Position numbers and translations under genes: made by a program
The notes under the pieces: model-generated
The model's input: only the letters and a program-made list of their open reading frames with translations
The model's database searches: none
What the model was told of the DNA's origin: nothing
DNA from: Ranitomeya imitator
Taxonomy: Eukaryota
Direction: 5' to 3'
Length of the DNA stretch: 64,000 bases
NCBI RefSeq assembly: GCF_032444005.1
Contig: NC_091283.1
Coordinates: 297,352,001 to 297,416,000 of the forward strand
Shown here: positions 1 to 11,296 of the stretch, piece after piece
Layout: each line of letters begins with the position of its first letter
Position numbering within the stretch: the stretch's first letter is position 1

Positions 1-2115
1 GAATACACACACGGGTTAACCTCACCCGGTGTGAAGGAAGCGAACCCTGTTGCGTCACAGGGCCGCGGTACCGCACCAAGAGCGCAAGCAAGGAGTCTCA
101 GAACTCAATCCCAAGACACAGGATTTGAGTACATAGACCTCATGTGCTCGACACCGCAACTGGGATGTCAGAGTGACAGCATTAGAAGCACGAGAGTGCA
201 TGCAGTGCCGCACTGGCGAACGCCACTAACCACCCAGGCTTGGGTTAGGAAAGTGCTGTGAAAGCGCACGGCGCCGCACTGGCAGTCATAGCAATAAGAC
301 GCTGTATTGTGTGTATACGTGCTGATGGCTAAGTCGGGCGCTAGATAGCAATCCTACATTCGCGACCAGTCAACAACACTAGGAATGGGAATGATTAGGA
401 GCTTTCATCCTTCGACATACATCCACCAACACACACACATTGTCAAGTCTATACTAGCGCATGGCCGTGCGGTCATGCGCAGCTTATATAGTTGCAGCAC
501 GTTCAGGACCTTCCAATAAAGGACCAATGGGAAGTTGCTACCGAAGTTTTGCCCTTTCAGGACCTTCCTGGAGGACCAATGGAATGTGCTGCAGTACCTG
601 AGCATGTGACCCTCGATCTCCAACGGGAGATCTTGCCCTGGGCATGCTCAGAAAGAGAAAAGCAGGACTTAGCCCCAAAAGCATCTGCTCGCCGCTGCCC
701 AACACTGACTTCAATGGCAGAAGCAGGAAAAGCAGCAGTAACTCTTAGTACAGAGTGAGACTGAGCAAGACGCTGGGACCGACGTCTCCGCTGAGCAGAC
801 TCCACTGCGGCTGGAGAAGAATGGGAGACCGCAGCGGAGATGGCTCGAGATTCCCCCTGTGCAGAAGCGGGAACTCGACACCTAACAGTGGTGATGGAAA
901 AACTATGTTTTGCAATAAAAAGCATCTTTTAGTGTGTGACAGCAGCCAAACATAAAAACCTGCTATAAAAACCCGCTATAAGGTCTCTTTCACACGTCTT
1001 GATATTTCCAGTACCGGAGATGTCTGTGTGTGTAATACTTGCGGAACATGTGTGGCATGCATGTCCAGCATCAGTACCACATGGACGGGTGCCAGGGAAG
1101 GAGCGTTACAGTAAGCTGCAACCCTCAGCTGTCAGCTTCAGCAAGGTTGGCTATCAAGAATAGAGGGATCCCCACAAATAAAAAAAAACAGTGTGGGGTC
1201 CCCCTTATTTTTGACAACCAGCCTTGCTAAAGCTCACAGCTGGGGCTGGTATTCTCAGGCTGGTAAGGGGCCATGGATATTGACCCCCAGCCTAAAAATA
1301 GCAGCCCGAAGCTGCCCAGATAAGGTACATCTATTAGCTATGCCAATTCTGGCGCTTTGCCCGGCTATTCCCACTTGCCCTGTAGTAGTGGAATGTGGGG
1401 AAATAGTTGTGGGGTTGATTTCACCGGTGCCCTCAAGCCCACGGCTTAGTAATGGAGAAGCGTGCTGGAAATCCCACCCATCGGTGACCCCGTCACGTGA
1501 TCACGGGTCACCAATGGGTTGGCATGACAACCAGGTCTCCAGCAGACCTCTATGGTTGTCCCTGCCGGACTGTAATAAGCGCCGTCCGCTAGTCAAAACC
1601 ACATGGACCAAGGATCGTCCCGCCGAAATGCCGCTCTCCTTTTAATATGGGCAAAATGCTACTCAGACAACACAGGGTGAGGGTAAAACAGTGTGGCAAT
1701 GCTTTACTGAACCGCAAAACAGGCAGATAACACATGGAACAGTCCCAGCAAAATACCCAAGATGGTACACATTAGAGTCTCACCCTTCCGCTAACTCGCC
1801 GGGTTAATAGCAGCCATGACTTCAGATCTTCCGGGGTTGCTACCCCACCTGTGACACGCACACACAGAGAGGAGGTAACGACAAGCGTAGGAAGATATAA
1901 GTTCGATATAGAATCACTACACTCATGCAATGAAAAAGGTATGCTTCAGGTGAATATTTATTAACAGTGATGAGTAAAGCGACCTTTTCCATTGTATGAG
2001 TGCAGTGATTCTATATTGAACTTGTATCTATGGGGCCAATGGTCCCTTTTCACTAGCAAATATAAATATAACCCACATTGTCTTGTCAAGTGCTAACCAT
2101 AGATATATAGTAAGC

Positions 2116-2438
2116 GTAGGAAGATGACAGTCCATTCAGTCTATACAAGGCCAGTTAATCCGAGGATCACAACCTGGCTTCATATTCCAGGGCTGGTTAC
2201 TCCACCTATACCACACACACAGAGACAAAGGAACAACAAGTGTAGGAAGATGACAGTCCAATGAGTCCATACAAGGTACAAGGCCAGTTGATCCGAGGAT
2301 CACAACCTGGCTTCATCTTTCAGGGGCGACTGCTCCACCTGTGGTACGCACACAGAGAGGAGGGAACAAATATAGGAAGATGACAGTCCATTGAGTCCAT
2401 ACAAGGTCAGTTGATCGGAGGATCACAACCTGGCTTCT
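2116..2438. repeat. Tandem repeat, ~126-130 bp unit, about 2.5-3 copies
   Basis: Motif (g)taggaagatgacagtcca...aggatcacaacctggcttc recurs at ~2116, 2242 and 2372; a partial related copy lies at ~1815-1895. Confidence 0.75.
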
Positions 2439-2560
2439 CCAAATGTATCCATGGTTCAGCGATAGTCAATGGAGCAGATCTGTATTCTTCCAAACGAGGC
2501 TGAATACCCCTAGGTTGTTTCCTATAGAATGATAGATCCATGACCCTCATGATGGAGCCA

Positions 2561-2689
2561 TAAATAATAATCTTTATTTTTATATAGCGCTAACATATTC
2601 CGCAGCGCTTTACAATTTACACACATTATCATCGCTGTCCCTGTTGGGGCTCACAATCTAAATTCCCTATCAGTATGTCTTTGGAATGT

Positions 2690-2720
<31 letters not shown>

Positions 2721-2837
2721 ACGCAAACACGGAGAGAACATACAAACTCTTTGCAGATGTTGTCCTGAGTGGGATTAGAACCCAGGACCCCAGCGCTGCA
2801 AGGCTGCTGTGCTATCCACTGCGCCACCGTGCTGCCC
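2561..2837 (-). mobile_element. tRNA-derived SINE (V-SINE-like) with (TAT)n/LINE-like tail
   Basis: Minus strand starts GGGCAGCACGGTGGCGCAGTGG (A box) ... GGTTCTAATCCC (B-box-like). It has a central GTTTGCGTGGGTTTCCTCCGGGCACTCCGGTTTCCTCCCACA V-domain-like block and ends GCGCTATATAAAAATAAAGATTATTATT. Confidence 0.85.
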
Positions 2838-3110
2838 ATAATGTAAAATGGCTGCCGTCTTGTCTCTGGTCCTTTTGGGATGTATAAATGTCTTGGCAGA
2901 ATCTCTCTGGCTGTTTCTCTCTCTCAGTCTCTCCATACAGAGGCATGTAACCTATGTTTAGACTTAACAAGTGTCCCTCATTCAGTATTTACATAAAGGG
3001 TAAGTATGGAGACAAGATCAAGTAGGATTACTTGATTATTTTAACTATTTGTATAGTTTTTCCCTCTCTGCTTTAAAAGTCAACAAACTGGCTAAATAAT
3101 AAAATGCATA

Positions 3111-4415
3111 CAGTTAGGTCCATATATATTTGGACAGAGACAACATTTTTCTAATTTTGATAATAGACATTACCACAATGAATTTTAAACAAAACAATTC
3201 AGATGCAGTTGAACTTCAGACTTTCAGCTTTCATTTAAGGGTATCAACATTAAAATTGAATGAAGGGTTTAGGAGTTTCAGCTCCTTAACATGTGCCACC
3301 CTGTTTTTATAGGGAACAAAAGTAATTGGACAGATTCAATAATTTTAAATAAAATGTTCATTTTTAGTACTTGGTTGAAAACCCTTTGTTGGCAATGACT
3401 GCCTGAAGTCTTGAACTCATGGACATCACCAGACGCTGTGTTTCCTCCTTTTTGATGCTCTGCCAGGCCTTCACTGCAGTGGTTTTCAGTTGCTGTTTGT
3501 TTGTGGGCCTTTCTGTCGGAAGTTTAGTCGTTAACAAGTGAAATGCATGCTCAATTGGGTTGAGATCAGGTGACTGACTTGGCCATTCAAGAATATTCCA
3601 CTTCTTTGCTTTAATAAACTCCTGGGTTGTTTTGGCTTTATGTTTTGTTTCATTGTCCATCTGTAGTATGAAACGACGACCAATCAGTTTGGCTGCATTT
3701 GGCTGCACCGTGCAGTGAACACTCTGTATTTACTTTCATGCAGTCTTCTCTTTATGGTTGATCTCGATATTGATACGCCTACCTCCTGGAGAGTGTTATT
3801 CACTTGGTTGGCTGTTGTGAAGGGGTTTCTCTTCACCATGGAGATTATTCTGCGATCATCCACCACTTTTGTCTTCCGTGGGGGCCCAGGTCTTTTTGCA
3901 TTGATGAGTTCACCAGTGCTTTCTTTCTTTCTCAGGATGTACCAAACTGTAGATTTTGCCACTCCTAATATTGTAGCAATTTCTCGGATGGGTTTTTTCT
4001 GTTTTCGCAGCTTATGGATGGCTTGTTTCACCTGCATGGAGAGCTCCTTTAACCGCATGTTTACTTCACAGCAAAACCTTCCAAATGCAAGCACCACACC
4101 TCAAATCAACTCCAGGCCTTTTATCTGCTTAATTGAGAATGACATAACGAAGGGATTGCCCACACCTGTCCATGAAATAGCCTTGGAGTCAATTGTCCAA
4201 TTACTTTTGATCCCTTTAAAAACAGGGTGGCACATGTTAAGGAGCTGAAACTCCTAAACCCTTCATCCAATTTTAATGTGGATACCCTCAAATGAAAGTT
4301 GAAAGTCTGAACTTCAACTGCATCTGAATTGTTTTGTTTTAAATTCATAGTGGTAAAGTCTGTAACCAAAATTAGAAAAATGTTGTCTCTGTCCAAATAT
4401 ATATGGACCTAACTG
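3111..4415 (-). mobile_element. Tc1/mariner transposon, internally deleted non-autonomous copy
   Basis: TA|CAGTTAGGTCCATATATATTTGGACAGAGAC...GTCTCTGTCCAAATATATATGGACCTAACTG|TA, with long (~200 bp) TIRs. The paired-HTH N-terminus (3684-4097) is joined directly to the C-terminal QMDN...SPDLNPIE...TKY part (3364-3708); the WSDE region is missing. Confidence 0.95.
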
Positions 4416-4487
4416 TAATTAGCATATCAGCGAACATCAGTAGTGGTTAAGGATAAGTGCACAATAAAAGTCGATATGACAGGCTGA

Positions 4488-5504
4488 GGCCAGTCTCACA
4501 CGTCCAGATAATTCCGGTACCGGAAAAATCGGTACCGGAATTATCCGTGTCCGTGTGCTCACGTGGCACATCAGTGTGGCACACGTGCGGCATCCGTGTG
4601 CCGACTGGGTACCACACGCACCGTGCAGGAGACAGCGCTACAGTTAAGCGCTGTCCCCTGCATCTGGTGCTGAAGCCGCCATTCATTTCTTCTCTTCAGC
4701 AGCGTTCGCTGGAGAGAAGGAATGAATAATCTTTTTTTATTTATTTTTGTTTTTAAAATAAAGTTGCCGGTAATCTGCCCCCTCCCACCCCCTGTGCGCC
4801 CGCCCGCTGGCATTAAAATACTTACCCAGCTCCCTCGGCGCGTGCATCCTCTCAGCGTCGCAGCTCTTCCTGTATGAGCGGTCACGTGGTGCCGCTTATT
4901 ACAGTAATGAATATGCGGCTCCACCCCTATGGGAGGTGGAGCCACATATTCATCACTGTAATGTGCGGCACCACGTGACCACTCATACAGGACAAGCAGC
5001 GACGCTGAGAGGATGCAAGCGCCGAGGGAGCTCGGTAAGTATTTTAATGCCAGCGGGCGGGCACACAGGGGGTGGGAGGGGGCAGATTACCGGCAACTTT
5101 ATTTTAAAAACAAAAATAAATTTAAAAAAAAGATTATTCATTCCTTCTTTCCAGCGAACGCTGCTGGAGAGAAGACATGAATGGGGCTTCAGCACCACAC
5201 GCGGGGGGGGACAGCGCTTGCAGTAGCGCTGTCTCCTGCTCGGCACACGGACTGCACACGGACAACATCCGTGTGCGGTACGTGTTTTACACGGACCCAT
5301 TGACTTTAATGGGTCCGTGTGATCCGTGCGCTCCCACGAACACTGACATGTCTCCGTGTTTTCCAAACGGACACACGGTCTGTGAAAACACGCTGACATG
5401 TGCAGAGACACATTGATTTTAATGTGTCTACGTGAGTCAGTGTCTCCGGTAGTTGAGGAAACTGTCACCTCACGTACCGGAGCCACTGACGTGTGAAACC
5501 GGCC
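4488..5504. mobile_element. Foldback non-autonomous DNA transposon (PIF/Harbinger-like MITE)
   Basis: Termini GGCCAGTCTCACACGTC ... GACGTGTGAAACCGGCC, flanked by TGA/TTA. Long internal inverted repeat centred near 4930. Confidence 0.75.
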
Positions 5505-5552
5505 TTAAACAAACAAAAGTGTTTTCGTGACCAACCAGAAATCAACACTTAA

Positions 5553-5790
5553 AGTGAACCTGTCACCAACCAGTCTAATTTGCAGGCACCATGTTATAGA
5601 GCAGGAGGATCCGAGTAGATTGATATATAGTTTTGTAAGAAAAGATTCAGAAGAACCTGTGTTTTAATCTGTTAAACTTCTGCTTTTTATGGGATTTTTC
5701 GTCCAGTGGGCGGTCCTATCTGTGACTGACAGTTATCTTTGTGTACACTGTTATACGAGAACGCTGTCAGTCACTGATAGGACCGCCCTA
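5553..5790 (+). mobile_element. T2/Kolobok-type MITE, truncated left end
   Basis: TTAA|AGTGAACCTGTCACC terminus, same family as the complete copy at 23097-23611. Confidence 0.55.
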
Positions 5791-6202
5791 ACATACAGAT
5801 AACATTCTATTATTCTTCGTTTGCTAAAAGTCATCTGGTTAATTAAGATACAATGCTGTATGTCTTCACAATGCCAAAAGTAAAAAAAAAGGGTTTTTAA
5901 AAATATTAAAAAATATATAAAATTTCAAATTACCCCCATTTGCCCCATTCAAAATAAAAAAACAAAAACAAACCCTGGCTTCCTGTTGATGTTCAATACA
6001 TCCGAAGGCGTTAAATGGGCGTATGGCTGGTGTGATGTAATAACTTCACATAAGCCCCATGACAGTGAGTCTCGACACCACTGAAGCAGAGGTCGTACGC
6101 CAGTGGAGTACGAGTGTTTTTATTTTAATGAGGCCAAACATGAGGAAGGAGTCCACTGAGAAAAAAAAATTATATAATATATATATTGATTAGAAGATTC
6201 AC

Positions 6203-6560
6203 TGACAAAAGGATAAAACTAAACTTTATTAATTCCAAATGTAAAACTATACCCACAATTCACCCCCTGAAGGTTAGTCAGAAGGAGACTAATAGAAAAA
6301 ACATATACCCCACATCTCAGTATATAGGGTGAGGTGACGTATACACACTCCCTCCCCAAGCCTCTCATTTCTACGGGTTTCATCGTCCTCATCAAAGACG
6401 ACTCCTGAAGAGACTATTTAATATTGACCTATATTCAAGTGAGACTAGGTGAAGAAAACCCTAAAATCATGTATCATGTATCATGTTATCCGAGACTTTA
6501 TACTATATACTTTGTACATGCCCCTTCTGAAGAAGCTATTGCGAAACGGCGCTCATCGGG
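6203..6560. mobile_element. Penelope-like pLTR fragment with degenerate hammerhead motifs
   Basis: 6203-6490 is an inverted homolog of 9456-9700. It contains a degenerate hammerhead on the minus strand (6368-6414) and CTGAAGA-A-GC-TATT-GC-GAAA-CGGCGC-TC on the plus strand (6527-6554). Confidence 0.55.
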
Positions 6561-6814
6561 CCCGGGGGAGCAGTACCAGCACTCCACACATAGCGCACGG
6601 ACCTGCTATATTATCAACTATCTGGCAGGTAATTGATATATTACAGTGCATTTTCTTCCCTCCTCTTACTTTTAGGGCTGTATAGGTAGTGTAGTGGTTG
6701 CACCACTCCCCAGTTTTATTAGCTACAAATCTTGCCTTGCTGGGCATACCTCCATCTGCCTCTCTCTCTTAGGGAATACAGTAAATTTGAACATATTTAT
6801 ATAATAACTTTTCT

Positions 6815-8290
<1,476 letters not shown>

Positions 8291-8901
8291 TACATACTGG
8301 ATCTGTGCTGGGCTATCTCCCTCTGTATTTGGAGGTTTTTCCCTTTCCCCCATTTTTGTCTTATGTATTATCTACTATTTTATCTATTTATAAATACATA
8401 GTTTTTAATTGTACTCCTTATCACTTCTCTTCTTTTATGGCACCCACCATATTAGAATATGTTTTTGATATAAACTTTGTAAGTTTATAAGTTTTAGGAA
8501 TAGATAGTATGTGAAACTACAGAATATACCGCTAAGTGAACACTTAACTTCCAGATATAATTTCCATATTCATACTAAATAATTGCACAGATCTCTCACA
8601 CATTATGGTTGCACATATCCCTAGTCTTTGTAACGATATTGCACTCATTCCCTGACAGACCGCAGCATGGCCATTAGTTAGAAGCTGCTAATGATCTCTG
8701 TAGCAGGTAAGTGTTCCCTGAGTGGTACATATTGGGTCACCTGAAAACTGATTTTAGTTTAGTAATAAAAACAAAAGAAAAAAGAACGGCATTGTCCAAC
8801 AACTTGTAGATTGCAAAGCCGGTATGTGCAATAAATCTCAGTCCAAGACAGCCATAACCCAAAAGATCACGGGTGCAACTCCATAAATCACAATTGTATT
8901 C

Positions 8902-9239
8902 CATGAAATGAAAGGGGAGAGAAGCAGAATGCACTCACCAATCTTCAGAAAAAAGCAGCTTTATTGAGTCTTCATAAATAAAAACTTCATGGCCAGGGGA
9001 TGAGGAGTGGAGCTCAGGCGAGCAGGAGGAGACGACGGCCGTTTCGCACAGTGCTTTGCGCTTCAACGGGTCCGTTGAAGCGCAAAGCACTGCGCGAAAC
9101 GGCCGTCGTCTCTTCATGCTCGCCTGAGCTCTACTCCTCATCCCCTGGCCATGAAGTTTTTATTTATGAAGACTCAATAATGCTGCTATTTTCTGAAGAT
9201 TGGTGAGTGCATTCCGCTTCTCTCTCCTTTCATTTCATG
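8902..9239. repeat. ~338-bp near-perfect palindrome of Penelope-like pLTR sequence
   Basis: Arms 8902-9069 and 9072-9239 are reverse complements (about 8 mismatches by eye) around a 2-nt spacer GT. Each arm carries GCACTCACC and GAAACGGCCGTC. Confidence 0.9.
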
Positions 9240-9455
9240 AGTTTAGTTTAGGACAACCTGTCTGCACTACTGATTGACAGCTGTTACAATACCAAACTAG
9301 GGCAGTCCCTATAGGAGAAAAACACAATAATTATACTGTATTTTCACATACTTTCTATTCCTGACTGACCACCACTGGAGTGGCTTATAAACTTATGAAG
9401 TATATCATTTGAAGTCTGGGATCTGCCTATATGTGGCTAGATTTCTGACTGTTTC

Positions 9456-9700
9456 GCATAACATGATACATGATTTTAGGTCAATATTAAATAAAGTCTC
9501 CCGATGAGTCGCCTTTGTGAGGACGACAAATCCCATAGAAATGAGAGGCTTGGAGAGCGAATGTGTATACCTCACCCTATATATTGAAACGTGGGGTATA
9601 TGTTTTTTCTATTAGTCACCTTCTGACTAACCTTCAGAGGGTGAATTATGGGTATAGTTTTACAACTGGAATTAATAAAGTTTAGTTTTTCCTTTTGTCA
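9456..9700 (+). mobile_element. Penelope-like pLTR fragment (inverted homolog of 6203-6490)
   Basis: Shared blocks ATAACATGATACATGATTTTAGG, GGTCAATATTAAATA, GAAATGAGAGGCTTGG, CCTTCTGACTAACCTTCAG and GGAATTAATAAAGTTTAGTTTT; degenerate hammerhead at 9496-9541. Confidence 0.6.
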
Positions 9701-9935
9701 TCAAACATGAGGAATGACAAGAGACAACCCCTTTAAGAAGATCCAATTTGGTTATATCGATTCCAACACTCTGAACATAAAAAGGCTTGTCCCCTATGTG
9801 ATATCTGTCATGTTTATTAACAGCTGATTTCCAGGTAAAATATTTTCCACATTAAGAAAATGAAAAAGGCTTCTTCTCTGTGTGACTGCTCTGATGTTTA
9901 TTAACAGCTGATTTCCAAGTAAAACATTTTCCACA

Positions 9936-11296
9936 TTAAGAAAATGAAAATGGCTTCTCCCCTGTGTGTCTGCTCTGATGTCTAACAAGATGCGTTTTCC
10001 GATTAAAACATTTCCCACATTCTGAACAGGAAAACTGCTTCTCCCCTGTGTGAATTTTCTGGTGCCTAACCAAACGTGATTTAATATCAAAACATTTCCC
10101 ACATTCTGAACAGGAAAAAGGCTTCTCCCCTGTGTGAGTCCTCTGGTGGTTAACAAAATTTGATTTATGTGCAAAATATTTCCCACATTCTGAACATGAA
10201 AAAGGCTTCTCCCCCGTGTGAATTCTCTGGTGAATAACAAGCTCTGATTTCTGTTTGAAACATTTCTCACATTCTGAACAGGAAAAAGGCTTCTCCCCTG
10301 TGTGAGTCCTCTGGTGTTTAACAAGATGTGATTTCTGTACAAAATACTTCCCACATTCTGAACATGAAAAAGGCTTCTCCCCTGTGTGAGTTCTCTGGTG
10401 CGTAACCAAGTTTGAATTAAGATTAAAACATTTCCCACATTCTGAACATGAAAAAGGCTTCTCCTCTGTGTGAATTCTCTGGTGACGTACCAAACTTGAG
10501 TTAAGATTAAAACATTTCCCACATTCTGAACATGAAAAAGGCTTTTCCCCTGTGTGAATTCTCTGGTGAGTAACAAGCTCTGATTTCTGTTTAAAACATT
10601 TCCCACATTTTAAACATGAAAAAGGCTTCTCCCCTGTATGAATTCTCTCGTGCCTAACCAGACGTGATTTAAGACAAAAACATTTCTCACATTCTGAACA
10701 GGTAAAAGGCTTCTCCTCTGTGTGAATTCTCTGGTGACATACCAAACTTGAGTTAAGACTAAAACATTTCCCACATTCTGAACATGAAAAAGGCTTCTCC
10801 CCTGTGTGAATTCTCTGGTGAGTACCAAGCTCTGATTTCTGTTTAAAACCTTTCCCACATTTTAAACATGAAAAAGGCTTCTCCCCTGTGTGAATTTTCT
10901 GGTGCCTAACCAAACGTGATTTAACATTAAAACATTTCTCACATTCTGAACAGGTAAAAGGCTTCTCCCCTGTGTGAGTCCTCTGGTGGTTAACAAAATG
11001 TGATTTCTGTGTAAAGTATTTCCCACATTCTGAACATGAAAATGACGTATTTGCTTTTGAAGAAGTTTGTTTTTTAATGCCTCTGTTGTGAATTTGGTTT
11101 TCCTTTGTAGTCGGTAATGAATCAGAAGATGGGACCTGTTTCGTAGGATCAAATGACAGATCTTTGCTGTGAATGGAAGATGGTATATCTGGAGTAATAG
11201 CATTCACTTCAGTTGTATCTTGTAGGATCTCTAGATCATCCGATTTAAAAATTGAAGATGTCAGCTGCCCCTCTGATCTCCAAGTACAGTCATCTG
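9936..11296 (-). CDS. Terminal exon: spacer plus 13 tandem C2H2 fingers
   Basis: Acceptor gtcttag|CAGATGAC. Repeats of [10 protein letters not shown]...[10 protein letters not shown]; TAA at 9938-9936. Confidence 0.95.

Noticed and set aside
1-955. Possible LTR/gag remnant and short ORFs at the window start
   Set aside because: No termini, TSD, PBS or protein motif could be supported by eye.
2770-2837. tRNA-like A/B boxes as a tRNA gene
   Set aside because: This is the head of a SINE followed by V-domain and tail; no complete cloverleaf.
3715-4248. 177-aa plus-strand ORF, and similar ORFs opposite other Tc1, L1 ORF1 and L1 ORF2 sequences
   Set aside because: Antisense to transposon coding sequence; no independent motifs.
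9794-11203. Long alternative-frame ORFs (270, 82 and 113 aa; repeats of [10 protein letters not shown])
   Set aside because: Shifted-frame reading of the 84-bp zinc-finger repeats; not an independent gene.
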